A stretch of DNA of 64,000 nt from Negaprion brevirostris. Taxonomy: Eukaryota. The notes beneath the pieces are model-generated. The model saw only the letters and a list, made by a program, of their open reading frames with translations. It was not told the DNA's origin and did not search any database. The stretch spans positions 58,811,879 to 58,875,878 of the forward strand of contig JARDVH010000059.1 in NCBI GenBank assembly GCA_030324005.1, written 5' to 3'. Below are positions 13,061-26,029 of this stretch, in pieces (position 1 is the stretch's first letter; each line of letters starts with the position of its first letter). Both the position numbers and the translations under genes were made by a program.

Positions 13061-13549
13061 ACATTTATCTACACAACGAATGGCTTTGTACAAATTACAG
13101 TATTTGCGTTTATCAAATTCAGACTACCGCGTTGACTTTATGTTTTAATACAAATAACATATAAATGGGCGAATTCACGCATTTAAATTTAAATGTAAAA
13201 TGTGGCATTGTTTCATTAGATAATTATTCTGATAGTGCAGCTCTAATGACTGCTCCCTTTCCCAACAAAAAATATTTGCCAAAGTAACTTTTCATGAACT
13301 TTGCTTTTATTATTAAGAACAGAATCGTTTTGAAAGAATGATTTCCATACATATGCAGTAACTCATTCTTTTATATACCCATGAACTGCATAGTACTTGC
13401 CTGTACGCCCACTGTAATTAATATCCAAATCAAAAACTAGTGAAAGATATGAGAGTGATTCTTAGAGTCCACTTTACATTTTACAATAAAGTCAGAAAGC
13501 CATATGGCGGGCAATGACTGTTTTTTCGAAGGGTGTTCTAAATACTTGG

Positions 13550-13819
13550 TAATCCTGATTAGTAAAAAATGCATCAAAGCAGATTAGTCTTCAGAGTAAT
13601 TCTCATCTGTTCTTCAGGACCACTATAATTCTTACATTTTGTACTGCAATTTCTCTTTCTCAGTCTTTTGACTAAGATCAAGCGTCAGATCAGAACCATG
13701 ATCAGGTGCAATGCCTCTTCTTGTCAGCTTGGGTCTTGTATGTTTCTCTTGTGGGGACCATGAATTGGATTCAATTTGAATTGGTTTTTGGAGCAAACAA
13801 GGAGATGGATTAGGGCTTA
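13550..13819. promoter_or_regulatory. CRX/OTX-type K50 homeodomain site cluster
   Basis: TAATCCTGATTA (13550-13561), AGATTA (about 13581), GGATTA (13807-13812), GGCTTA (13814-13819). Short motifs in AT-rich DNA, so chance is possible. Confidence 0.3.
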
Positions 13820-14349
13820 CCTTGCCCTCTCTGTGCATTGGCTTTGTAACCTTAAGAAAGGAGTAACATTTTAAAAATACATTTTAAAATAATGTGGTTG
13901 GGCTGCACTCAATTTTACATCCAGTGAATATTGGCTAAGATTATGTTACGATACAATTAGAATGAAATCCAGGATTTTGAATAACGTTACAAGCGGTGAG
14001 CAATTTGAGTGGTGGCTTACAGAATAATCTATATCTAATGTGGGTGTTATAACCATGTTCACACTTTGAAGAGGAATTCATGTTTTGAGTTTCATTTTCA
14101 GATTTGATATAAGTGATTGTATCTTTCACTACTGACCTATGGTTGTGAAGCATGTCATGTGATCAAGTAGTAATGGTTTAAAATTTACGTTGCTGTACTG
14201 CAACTATTTAGGAAAGTCATAAAACAATTTAAAATATATGTTAATATCGATCTTAAAATAGTAGACAATTAAATTTGATGCAATTTATGAAGTGATTGTA
14301 CAATTTCAGCCTGTGGAGTTTCAGAACAGTGTATATGTGCTTTAGTTGA

Positions 14350-14556
14350 GATTAGTTTGAGACTAGATTAAGCAAATTGATTCTGCTGTTTGTTGCACTG
14401 TGAAGCTTGAGATAAATCTTGCAGAGTAATCATTCAACATGACACTGGGCAGTCAACTGAAGTTACCAATATTCAGTATAAAAATGAAAAAAAAATACTG
14501 TTAAATGTATCGGACTTCTATAATGCCTGCTGATTTCAATGTTGTGTTGGGTAAGC
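14350..14556 (+). promoter_or_regulatory. Candidate TATA promoter and short non-coding exon 1
   Basis: GATTA at 14350 and 14366, TAATCA at 14427, CCAAT at 14466, TATAAAA at 14477, donor TGG|GTAAGC at 14551. Confidence 0.25.
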
Positions 14557-15264
14557 ACTTGCATTTTTAAACTGAATTTCTGGTATTGTAAATAGATCAT
14601 CTGCACGTACAGAGGATGTTATTGGTCATTTCTATTCGTTACATTTTAATTAATCAAACCAACAAGATTTATATTGAAAGGTTGGTTAAAATACTTAGTT
14701 AGAATACCATGTTTACATGCAGCTTGTAAAATGCTAAATGTTAAATTAGAACAGTCTTAAAAAATCCTTTTTTCTTACAAGCGCAGTCATTGTCCATTAG
14801 CTTAGGCAGTGTTCAGAGTTGCAATTCTTGAAAAATGTACCACTCTATTATTTCATTGTTAGTAGTAATACTATATCGTATGTGATTCTAAGACCTTGAG
14901 AATTTTACCTTCCATAATTTGCTAGTCCACTATGGGCATTTTATTTTCTTGGGAATTGTAGGTGTGATAAAACAAATTATTAACTCCACATTTTGGCAGT
15001 GAGACTGTCAAATTTGGTCATTCAAATTAAAAGTCTAGTAAATTCAAAATGATTTATTCCTAATTTAACCATAAACATGAAGCATGAAGTGCACAACTTC
15101 CTTTCTGTGAAGTTGTAATTTATGGTTATAAAATAATCTTATTATAATATTACTGATAGATTGCTAAAGCAGTGCGATACTGGAAGTATATTGGCTGCAA
15201 AATTCCCAGCAATTACACTGAATAGCCCCCTCCAGAAAATGCTAGTTTGGTGGGCGAGCACTTA

Positions 15265-15278
15265 GTTTCCATGGAAAC
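15265..15278. promoter_or_regulatory. Perfect palindromic RFX X-box GTTTCCATGGAAAC
   Basis: Exact 14-bp palindrome matching the RFX consensus GTTNCCATGGNAAC, 3.8 kb upstream of the start codon of a ciliary gene. Function is inferred. Confidence 0.55.
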
Positions 15279-15389
15279 AGTGGCAAGCACCGCCAGTGGA
15301 TTATCTCCAGCCCCTTCTGAGCTCAGATGTCTGACACCCAATTACAGCTGGGAGTTTCTAACTCTGATCCATCTAAATCCTTCTTGGAC

Positions 15390-15492
15390 AAATAAAAACA
15401 GAAAATGCTGGATCAATTTAGCAGCTCTGACAACATCTGTGGAGAGAGAAATAGAGTTCACGTTTCGAGCCCGTATGACTCTTTTTGAAGAC
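15390..15492. repeat. Penelope-like short repeat
   Basis: AATAAAAACAGAAAATGCTGG..CATCTGTGGAGAGAGAAATAGAGTTCACGTTTCGAG. Confidence 0.6.
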
Positions 15493-16936
15493 GAATTTCC
15501 TTCCTCCATTGTGTTAAAATCTCAGTCTTTTAAGATAAAACCAGAAAATACAAATAATATATACATATGGACTCAGAACGTTAATTCTGTTCTACCATTA
15601 AAGAACTGTATAGCGTGTGCTGTCAATCCCAATATCATTGTCGTGAAAAGTAAGAATTAGTAGGGTAGAATTATATTTTTACAGGATAGCTTTATCTTTT
15701 AGAATGTGTTTTCATTGTAAACAGAAATATTGGTTTGAGTGTTTCAGAATGATCAAAATGAATGGGATATTATTGCAATATTTTCATTTCCCTCTTATGT
15801 AGATATTTGAAGACACTTGAGTAGTTTTGCTCTAAGACCAGGTATGTAAAATGTTTAAAAGTACAATTTTTATATATTATTTATATTTTGGGGTTTTCTT
15901 TTTAAAAAACTGAGATCTTAACACAAGTGAGAGGGGTACTTGGGCCCCACTCGCCATACTTGCGAATGCCGGCAGGGGCTCAAGATCCGGAAGTTGCAGA
16001 CCTTGTAGCGAGAATGGGTGTGAACCTGCTTTACATGCACTTCAATAAACTTGAATCTCATTAACCCACTCCATCACGGAATGATGACACTGTGCCCTGC
16101 CTAGTATATTGACACTGCGTTAATGTGACATATTGGCGCAGTTTAGAGCAGGTTCACCTCGATGTGAAGCTGTTGTGAGGTTCTTCCCAGGGGAGTAAAG
16201 TATTGCCTCTGGGTGAGAGGGACACGGCCAAGCACTGGCTTGGCAATGCACCTGGCACTGCCCTTGGCACAGGTTGGCATTGNNNNNNNNNNNNNNNNNN
16301 NNNNNNNNNNNNNNNNNNNNNNNNNNNNNNNNNNNNNNNNNNNNNNNNNNNNNNNNNNNNNNNNNNNNNNNNNNNNNNNNNNCCTCGGGGCTACACAGAG
16401 TGCCTGCCTCTGGCTGTGCCAACCTGGCACTGTTGGTGTTGCCTGACACTGCCCTGCCATGACCCTCACCACTTGAGGGCTATGCTCACCTCTGCATCCC
16501 TATTTCCAAAAGCCAATGGTGATTCCCACCGGCATGTTATCATGCTGGTGAGGGTGGCTGGAAGTAATGGCGTTAAACCATTAAAAGGTATTTAAATACA
16601 TTCAAATCAAAGGAAATCAAGTTCATATCAGCATGAACCTGATTACATCACAGGCAGGGGTGATCTTGAACTGAGATCTCACTGCCACAAATCCTGTCAT
16701 GGCCCCCTCACAAGATTTAGTGGCCACAATGGATTTACACCTGTGACAGCTGAGCCTGAGAATTACACCCTATCTATCTTTATCAAGCCATCACCCCTCT
16801 TCTCTGTCCTTTATAGAGAAACAAGGACCACTTGTTCACCCCTTCTTGATAAGCATATCCTGTCATTCCTGAAAATTCTTGTTACTCTATTTTGCCTTTT
16901 GCCCAGTGGCTTTCAGTGTAATTATTATCTTGTAAA

Positions 16937-17236
16937 GGTGGCACAATTGTATTGCTGCCTCACAGTGGCAGGGACCTGGGTTCAATTCTGACCATGGATG
17001 ACTGTCTGTGTGGAGGTTGCACACTCTTCCTGTGTCTGAGTGGATTTTCTTCAGGTGTTCTGGTTTCCTCCCACAGTCTAAAGCTGTGTAGGTTGGATGA
17101 ATTAGCCATGGTAAAAGTTTAGGGTTATAGGAATAAAGCAGAAGAGAAGGCCTGGGTAAAATATTCTGTCTGAAAGTCGGTGCAGACTTGTTGGTCTGAA
17201 TGGCCTCTTCTATACTGTAAGGATGCTATGATTCTA
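16937..17236 (+). mobile_element. tRNA-derived V-SINE (HE1-like) with CR1-type tail
   Basis: GGGACCTGGGTTCAATTC B-box, CTGTCTGTGTGGAGGTTGCAC..GGTTTCCTCCCACAGTC core, tail GGTGCAGACT..CTATGATTCTA. Confidence 0.85.
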
Positions 17237-17249
17237 GAATCTGACATTG

Positions 17250-18330
17250 CCTGATGATGAGATCTAGAGACTTGTAGGATTGTACAATAACTGTTTACAA
17301 CACATAACTATATACATGTATACATGATAAACTCCTGACTTGGTGCAATCTCCAGGCTGACTTCTACCAGACTCACTCCTACACTTGATTACATCATGTG
17401 ATTCTCAACATTATAATGTGGGCAGTAGTTTCCTCAGTTCCACATTAACCCTTCGAGTCCTGAACGCTCTAATATCAAATCTCCCCCAAGTCCTTATATT
17501 TAGAATATTTACATGCTGTCCTTCTCCCCCTAGTTTCTGAATTTACAGACTCAGATGGCCTGGCTTTCCGACTCTTCAGATCTTCTTTTCAAGTTGCAAG
17601 GAGTGGTAGTCTCAACTGTTTTTGGCTGACACTGTTGGTCTTGAGTTGAAGTTGTCATATCTGATACTCTGGTATTTCTGACACTCGGGTGTCAACATCA
17701 AGTTCACTTCTTGTGCCTCTCAGTGTTGTATTTTACATTATCGACAACCTGTCTTCCTTTCTTGGCTTATCTCTCTCCTTCTAGAGGGAATATTTGCTCC
17801 GTTCATTCATGGAGTGGTTTTGTCTTTTCTCTTTCAGTGGAGGCCATAGTGTCCTTCTTGGAAGTTGAAGGTTTATCTCCTTTTTGTTTGTATCTTCCTT
17901 ATCCTTGAGTTTAACATCTAATGCTGCTCTCTGTACTTCATGTGCACTTGTGCCCCCTCCCCACTGAGTATTTTTTCTTGGAAACTTGATAGTTGCTTCT
18001 CTTCTGCTTCAGGATCAGCTGCATGTTTTGCATGCCAGGTTGAAGCTCCAGTTTCATTGCTGCAGTTTTTCCTAGTTTTGTGGTGGTAACTGTTTGACTT
18101 TGAAGTTTGGAATCGACCTTCTGCTGCTGCTCCTTGTCCTCTGTACCTTCTGCTTTAAGTCTGCTGGTACCAATCTGCTGGTTTGGCTGGTGGAATGATG
18201 CCCTCTGTAAAGAGTGAGAACTGTTCCAAACTGAAGGCCCAGTTGAGATCATCAGCACTGGTGTGTACCACTCGGGACTATCAAGTTCAGTGTGATTGAC
18301 TACGCCAGCTGTTTTGATGCCTTCTGTCAA
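17250..18330 (-). mobile_element. Gypsy relic: integrase remnant, polypurine tract and probable 3' LTR
   Basis: Frameshifted IS.GPQFGT (SDNGPQF-like) motif near 18225-18255; PPT-like GGGGGAGA on the minus strand near 17480, adjoining an approximately 230-bp LTR-like segment. Confidence 0.55.
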
Positions 18331-18499
18331 TTTTTACCGATTTACCTTCAAGTAGCTGTTTCTGGACCATTTTTACTAAATCAAACTTAAATACATTTTT
18401 ATAATTTTAATGTCTATTTCTACCTTGTTAGATATTCTGGTGAATATTGATATAATGTGACCATTTAATATTTTTTGTAATTTTACTGTCATTGCTTGT

Positions 18500-18735
18500 G
18501 GGGTGGCACAGTGGCATGGTGGTTAGTACTGCAGCCTCAGCGCCAGAGACCCAGGTTCAATTCCCAGCTTAGTCACTGTCTGTGTGAAGTTTGCATGTTC
18601 TTCCCATCTCTGGTTGGGTTTCCTCCCACAGTCTGAAAACCCAAACAGGTGCCAGAGTGTGGCAACTAGGGGAATTTCGCAGTAACCTCATTGCAGTGTT
18701 AATGTAAGCCTTACTTGTGACTAATAAATAAACTT
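18500..18735 (+). mobile_element. tRNA-derived V-SINE (HE1-like)
   Basis: A and B boxes, V-core, tail GTAAGCCTTACTTGTGACTAATAAATAAAC shared with copies at 30254, 62672 and 63320. Confidence 0.9.
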
Positions 18736-19054
18736 CTACTTTAGTTTATTATTTGTGTTCCTTAGTGACACTATCCATATCTTTATTTTCCTTTTGTCAT
18801 TTAGGTATTTAGTATTTCTTTTTGAAGTCTTTGTTAATTTAATTTTGTAGTTTCTCTTTGCTTTCTTGCTTTTTTTGACATCATTCCAATAACCTTTCAG
18901 TATTCCATTTTGTCATCCTCTCCATGATTGTACATGAACCTAGAGTATGTTTTTCACTTCTGTTTTTGCGCTTTCTTTATCTCTAATATTATGGCACACG
19001 TTTGATGTTGATTTCTATTTTATTGCTGTATTGCAGAGCGCTGATTAGTGGAAG

Positions 19055-19693
19055 ATGGCTGAGGAAGAACCTTCAGATTCTGAAGAAGCCCAGATCTCCA
19101 AGTATGAGAAGCCTACAACTGCTCATGGATTCCAAACTACAAGTCCTGTTAAAGCGAAAAAGATTTACTTTTATAAAAGTGGTGACCCACAGTTTCCTGC
19201 GGTTAGGATGAGCATCAACAATCACACGTTTAAGACATTTGGTTCCTTATTAGATAATTTGTCTCAGAAGATTCCGTTGCCATTTGGGGTACGGACAATT
19301 GCCACACCTCGTGGTAGCAACAGTGTGACGAGTCTTTCAGATCTTAAAGATGGACATTCTTACATTTGCTCCGACCAACGGAAAGTAAAACCTATTAACC
19401 TTGAGCTAGTTAATCGGAAACAAGACCCCTGGTTTATTAGCAGATCTTATAATCCTGAGGAGCTTGTATCACGACAGATCAGACAGAAAGCCTCCAAGTC
19501 ATTTCACGCGGACTTAACACTAGCCACAGGAATTCCAAAGAAGCTTGTTGTTTTCAGAAATGGTGATCCTAGTTTCAGACGTAATCTAATTTTGAATAGG
19601 GACAGAATGCAGAACTTTGAGGTACTACTGTACCATATTAGTGAGCTGATGAATTTTCCTGTACTAAAGTTGTACACCACAAGTGGGAAAAGG
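19055..19693 (+). CDS. RP1: RP1 first coding exon (exon 2): DCX domain 1 and most of DCX domain 2
   Basis: Acceptor ttgcag ends at 19036; ATG at 19055 (aagATGg); donor AGG|GTAAGT at 19694; 639 nt, phase 0. Protein has KKIYFYKSGDPQF..TFKTFGSLLDNLSQKIPLPFGVRTIATPRG..LKDGHSYICSD and LVVFRNGDP..LYTTSGKR, typical RP1-family DCX motifs. Confidence 0.95.
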
Positions 19694-21679
19694 GTAAGTA
19701 GGTGCTATTGAAAAATAACTTGTACATAATTTGGAATGCACTTTCTTGGTGCTTCAGGAGTTTGTGGGAGACTCAAAAAATGCAGCCTTTGGTAAGAATC
19801 AACACATATCCCAGTCATAAAAGAAGTGAAATCTTCAATGTGACAATACAAATAGATATTAAATTCCTTACTGAACCAATAAAATAACCTGAAAAAACAT
19901 CATTTGAAAATATGAGGAACAGACACAATTCTATGATATTACAAACAGTAAGAGAATAAAGGACGAAGAACAAAAAACTAACTTCTCCATCCCAGCTAAT
20001 CCAAACCTGGTGCAGCCCATGCGCTCCATTAACTCTATACCCTAATCACGCACATGAAAGGAGTAAAAATTAGATTTAAAAATCTTGTATTCACTTGGGA
20101 AAAGGATACTGTGGATTTTAATGTTGCAGCCATTCAGTTCAATTTTATTTGGATAATTTGTCAAACAAAATAATACTCAGATGCATTCATTCATTCATCA
20201 AAAGGCATGTCCTAGCAATTGTTTCCCAGAAGTAGAAGTAGGCTACTATTTTACAAATAATTCTTAATGAAATTACATTTTATCAGAAAAAGAAATTTTT
20301 NNNNNNNNNNNNNNNNNNNNNNNNNNNNNNNNNNNNNNNNNNNNNNNNNNNNNNNNNNNNNNNNNNNNNNNNNNNNNNNNNNNNNNNNNNNNNNNNNNNN
20401 NNNNNNNNNNNNNNNNNNNNNNNNNNNNNNNNNNNNNNNNNNNNNNNNNNNNNNNNNNNNNNNNNNNNNNNNNNNNNNNNNNNNNNNNNNNNNNNNNNNN
20501 NNNNNNNNNNNNNNNNNNNNNNNNNNNNNNNNNNNNNNNNNNNNNNNNNNNNNNNNNNNNNNNNNNNNNNNNNNNNNNNNNNNNNNNNNNNNNNNNNNNN
20601 NNNNNNNNNNNNNNNNNNNNNNNNNNNNNNNNNNNNNNNNNNNNNNNNNNNNNNNNNNNNNNNNNNNNNNNNNNNNNNNNNNNNNNNNNNNNNNNNNNNN
20701 NNNNNNNNNNNNNNNNNNNNNNNNNNNNNNNNNNNNNNNNNNNNNNNNNNNNNNNNNNNNNNNNNNNNNNNNNNNNNNNNNNNNNNNNNNNNNNNNNNNN
20801 NNNNNNNNNNNNNNNNNNNNNNNNNNNNNNNNNNNNNNNNNNNNNNNNNNNNNNNNNNNNNNNNNNNNNNNNNNNNNNNNNNNNNNNNNNNNNNNNNNNN
20901 NNNNNNNNNNNNNNNNNNNNNNNNNNNNNNNNNNNNNNNNNNNNNNNNNNNNNNNNNNNNNNNNNNNNNNNNNNNNNNNNNNNNNNNNNNNNGTGTGCAA
21001 CTACATTTAAATTGATGTCACGCATGGTGCTGATCGTGGCCATTTTCGAGCCTTGGGAAAGGGGGAATTGGCGCAGAGGTGGGTGCGGATCACGCTATTC
21101 ACCTCACGCTTGACTTTACCAAGTTTTCGCACACGAAAACAGGCGTGAGTGGTAAAATTGGGCTTCATGGATGTAATCCTTTTTAAAAAAAGTATGACGG
21201 TATGCCTGCACGCTGAATGCTATACCATTTTCAATAGGACTTGGGCATCTTTATCTTTAAAGAACTTATAATTACAGTAGATCAGGATAGAATAGGCTTA
21301 GTTTCATTGAATTTAATTTAATTTCATTTCAAAAGGCCAGGTGTTAAATAAAGGTTGATAAAATTGTGTAAAGGAGTTGCATTTTATGCAATAATGCACT
21401 GTGCTCTAATCTTTCCTCATGTGGGATAATCTAGAATGAGAGGTCATTGTTTTAGGATCAGGGGTGGCCGATTTAAAACTGAAATAAGGAGAAACTACTT
21501 TCAAAGGGTTGTGAGCCTGTGCTTCAGTCTAGAAGATTGCTATCTCCAGAATGGTATCGAACTTCAATTACCATTGTGGCTCTGACATTATTCCAGGCCA
21601 GGAATTATCTAGGGTATATTACCCTTGTTACAATCAGAACATTTACAAGAGATCTTAAGTTCAAATCCCGGTTGACAAT

Positions 21680-22200
21680 CCTTTCCATCACTTGCTGATG
21701 ATTGAGAGTAGACTGATGGAGTGATAACTTGCCAGGTTGGACTTGTCCTTTATGTAGACAGGACATATCAGGCAGTTTTCTATCCTGCCGGGTAGACTGC
21801 AGTGTTATGGCTATATTGGAGAAGCTTGACTAGGGGCATAGCCAGTTCTAGAGCACAAGTCCTCAGTACTATTGCTAGAGTGCCTTCAGAGTCCAAGCCT
21901 TTATTGTATCCAGTGCTTTCAGCTGTTTCTTGATATCACTTGGAGTGAAGTGAATTGGCTAAAAACTGGCTTCTGGGAAGCTAGAGAGCTTTGTCAGGGG
22001 AAACTAAGATGGATCATCCATTCGGCACTTCTGGCTTCAGATTGTTGCAAATGTTTCAGCCTTATCTTTTACATTGATGTTCTGGGCTCCTTCTCCATTG
22101 AGGATGGAGATACTTATGAAGCCCCTTCATCCAGTTAGCTCTTTAGTTATCCACCAGCATTCGTGACTGGATGTGGTAGAACTGCAGAGGTTGCATTGGT
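21680..22200 (-). mobile_element. CR1-clade LINE internal fragment
   Basis: CCATCACTTGCTGATGATTGAGAGTAGACTGATGG..; homologous to 55585-55830. Confidence 0.6.
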
Positions 22201-23754
22201 TGTGGAATCATATGTGTATTCGATGAAATACATTTCTGAAATTCCGAGAAACAAAATGGCTTCATGTGTTTCAATCACAGAAAACCACAACTGCTTTTGG
22301 AGATTGACAATATTTATGGTCTATTTATGTCTATTTGATTACTCACTTAACACATCTGGAAGATGAGAAGTTTGGGAAGCAACTCAAATTCTATCACGTT
22401 ACGTATTAATGCTATCTGTAAAAAATTGCATACAGTATACACTTTCTTTAGATTTTAACTTTATTTCCTGTATTATTATAGTGTAATGCTACTTTCACAC
22501 AAGTGCCTGTTGTGCTTAAAAACATTTTTTTGTCATGCCGAAATAACTTTTTCATACAGGTGTTGCCCTATACCATGTGGCCAAGAACCTTCTCAGTTCC
22601 CTTAACTTCCAAATCCATTCAGGGCAACTGAAACCACCAGCTCAAACATTGTCTGATATTTTCATTTGCAAAGATACGATCTTCTAATGTTGGAATATTA
22701 ATTAATTTAACTTTTTATTTCTTACATATCTTTATTAGCCTATTCCTGCTCACAATCAAGAGATAATTATTTTCATTTACGCAATTCAGCATTTGTGAGC
22801 GACCGTTACCCCTTTGGCATTTTCTGAAGGGTATTTAATTAATTTATTTGTAAGCAGACTCAATTCTAGACCCAATTCCTCTCTCTTTGGGGATCACATT
22901 TAATTTGCACTTTATGAGAAACACACATTTCTTGAATTAATTAATGTATTAAAGAATTCAGTAAATTCCACCCCTGACTTCGACACAAAAAACAAGGATG
23001 CCAGATACATTTTAATCTGATTTGTCCCAATTTTTCTTTGTCTAAAGCATTACCTTTAAATGAATCTCAATTTAATTATTTCATGTATTGCTAGAATTTA
23101 TTTTCAATCCAAATTATTATCACTCAGACCCAATTCATGATCTAATTCCTCTTCCTTCAAAGCTGTTTGTAATTTAATACTTCGCAGAATCTATATTCCA
23201 GCCCATCTGATTTCCCCAATTAATTTCTCTGATGCCACTTTTATTTAACTATTTAGCAAGAACATGAGTTTCTACAATTATTGATTATGAAACAATTAAT
23301 AAAATCACATGAAATTTATTGCACAGAAACAAGTTGTTTGGTCCAACATATGCCAGTTTCTGTGGTTGACACAAATCTCCTCCCATATTATTTCATCCCA
23401 TCAAAATAATCTTCCATTTCTTTCTCCATCATGAAGTCAGTTGGCTGACCCTTAAATGTGCCTCTGTTTTTACCGTAACCACTCAAATGATAGAGTTCTA
23501 CATTTTCACCACTGAATTTCTTGTTGGATTACACTTACAACCTCTTGATTTGGATTTCTCTTCAAGTGGTAATATTTTCTACACATATCCCCCATTGCTT
23601 CACCAATGACTTCCATCCATCAGGCCCACGCTTTTCTGTTACCTCTTTGAGTAATGATCACAAATTATAATGCAGCTCCTAAAATCTATTAATTTGCTAA
23701 TAATTGAATAACAAATTTCAATTCACACTTTGTTGTTTCATGTTGGTTTTCCTA

Positions 23755-24420
23755 ATTGCAAGGGGGAATGGAGTATAAAAGTAAGAAAGATTTACTGCAA
23801 TTGTGTGGGGCATTGGTGAGACTGCATCTACAGTAGTGGATACAGTTTCAGTTTCCTTTCTAAAGAAGGGATATACTTACATTGGAAGCAGTTCACAGAA
23901 GTTTCACAAAGCTGATTTGTGGAAAGAAGGAATTATCTTATGAGTAAAGAATGAACATACACATGAACATACACATACACATTCCACTCCTGACTTTGAC
24001 GCAAAAAACAAGGATGCCAGATACATTTTAATCTGATGTGTCCCAATTTTTCNNNNNNNNNNTCATATATTGCTAGAATTTATTTTCAATCCAAATTATT
24101 ATCACTCAGATCCAATTCATGAACTAACTCCTCTTCCTTCAAAGCTGTTTGTGAATGAACATACTTCATTCATGGAAGAATGAAGGATAATCTTATTGAA
24201 ATGTTTAAGATTCTGAGGTGTTGTGAGAGGATGGATGCTGAGAGGATGATTCCCCTTGAGGGGCGGAAAATTTTAAAATGGAGTTCTTCATTTACAATTG
24301 AAATGAGGAGGAATTCCCATTTTCAGGAGATAATTAGTCATTGGGATGGTCTTCCCCAGAGAGCAGTGGACACTGGATCATTGAATATATTCAAAACCGA
24401 GTTAATCAGATTTTTGATAG
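23755..24420 (+). mobile_element. CR1 LINE 3' fragment containing an insertion at 23961-24152
   Basis: GMEYKSKKDLLQL..ALVRLHL, then DNLIEMFKILR..GSLNIFKTELIRFL. Confidence 0.8.
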
Positions 24421-24699
24421 ATGTGTCATGTGTTTGATGCCTCTGTTACTTATACTCTGATTGACACTTTTATAAGATTGTAAAATCAGTAGTTTTTATT
24501 CAAATAATGTTTCTAAATAAGTGTTAATTTTCTCTGTAGTTCCACACTTGCCTTTGTTATTATATGGATCATTGGTTACATCCATAGTGAATACTGGATA
24601 AATGGATATGGAAGTGGCATGAGTTGGTATCGATTTGGCATGGAGAGTATGAGTCATGGAGTGTGGCTGGGAGAATGAGTTGGTGTTGAGTTGACATTG

Positions 24700-25270
24700 A
24701 AATTCTGGAAAGATCCCATCAGATTGGAAATTAGCAAATGTAACTCATCTGTTCAAGAAAAGAAGGAAATATAAAAGACAATTAGCCTGTCTTTGAAAAA
24801 ATAATAGAAACAATTATGGAGGACGTTATATCAGAGCACGCAGAAAATTTAAATGCAATCAGGCAGAATCAACATGGTTTTGTGAAAAAGAAATCATATT
24901 TAATTAAATTAAACATGATTAATTAATTTATTAGTGTTCTTTAAGGAAGTAACAAGATAACGTTGTTGTGTACTTGGATTTCCACAAGGCATTTCACAAT
25001 GTGTTACATCAAAGGTTACACAAAATAAGAGGTCATGGTTTAGGGGGTAACATACTGGCACAGGTAATGGATTGATTATCTAACATAAAGCAGTGAGTAA
25101 ATGGGTAATTCTTGGGTTAGCAAACTTTAGCTAGTGAAGTGCCACAGAAATCTGTACTGGGGCCTCAACTATTTACAATTTATATCAATGATGTGGATGA
25201 AGAGACCATATGTAAGTTGCTAAATTAGATGATGACACAAAAGTAGATGGGAGAATAGATTGTGAAAAGG
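24700..25270 (+). mobile_element. CR1 LINE RT fragment
   Basis: DWKLANVTHLFKK..QNQHGFVK..YLDFHKAF..VPQKSVLGPQLFTIYIND..DDTK. Confidence 0.85.
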
Positions 25271-26029
25271 ATTTACTTTTCGAAAAGCTGTTGAATCCAG
25301 ACTATGGTTCATGACTTCTGCGAGGGCTCATGAACCATGAATTATGGAGAAGCTGGCCAAACCCCATGAACATTGTAGTATCTAGGAGATGTTAATCTGT
25401 AATGGAACTGGTTAGGTCAGGAGTTCAATTGCCAGGACCGGGAATCGGGGTGGGAAACCCAGAATCTGGGTCCAGCCTGCCATTTTTAATTAGCTTTTGA
25501 GTTATCCCATCTCTGCAAAATTCCAAGCCTAAGTCTCCATTGTTTTGTAGATGTCGGTTTTCGGTGTCATCTAAAAGTTTTATTGCACTCAGAATTGCAT
25601 TTTTACAATGGCTGCAGTTTCTTTTTGGTTTGCAATTTACAAAACCATTGCATTAAAGAACCCAAAATGAACATATGATCATCTGTAGTTAACAAAGCTC
25701 TGCCCAGCCATCTGTTATTTCTTGTGGCATGCAGCATATTTATAGTACTTTCGAAGTATAAAGGATTAGTGAGGTGTGTGAACAGGATGTCATAAGCAAC
25801 AAACCACGCAGCTCAGCAGATGGTGTAAGGATTGGTAATTAAAAGGAAGGAATATGTAATAAATTAGGAAAAAAACGGCGTGGTTGTACACTTGCACAGC
25901 CTGACATCAGATCGTGAAGATGAAAGGCTTCTGCTTTACCACAAAAAACCCAGAAGCATTAGGAGTACATTCCATAAGAAAGCCGATTGTAAAGGAACAT
26001 GGTATAAAGAACGTTGAAACAAATTTTTT

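Noticed and set aside
15247-15660. 137-aa ORF upstream of RP1
   Set aside because: Non-ATG start, runs through a Penelope-like repeat, no recognisable domain.
18500-18580. tRNA genes at SINE heads (also 30254, 62672, 63320)
   Set aside because: The A/B boxes run directly into SINE core and tail sequence; there is no intact cloverleaf.
20251-21043. Long ORFs made of X residues (also at about 4.2, 6.0, 9.3, 16.2, 49.3 and 52.1 kb)
   Set aside because: They read through assembly N gaps.
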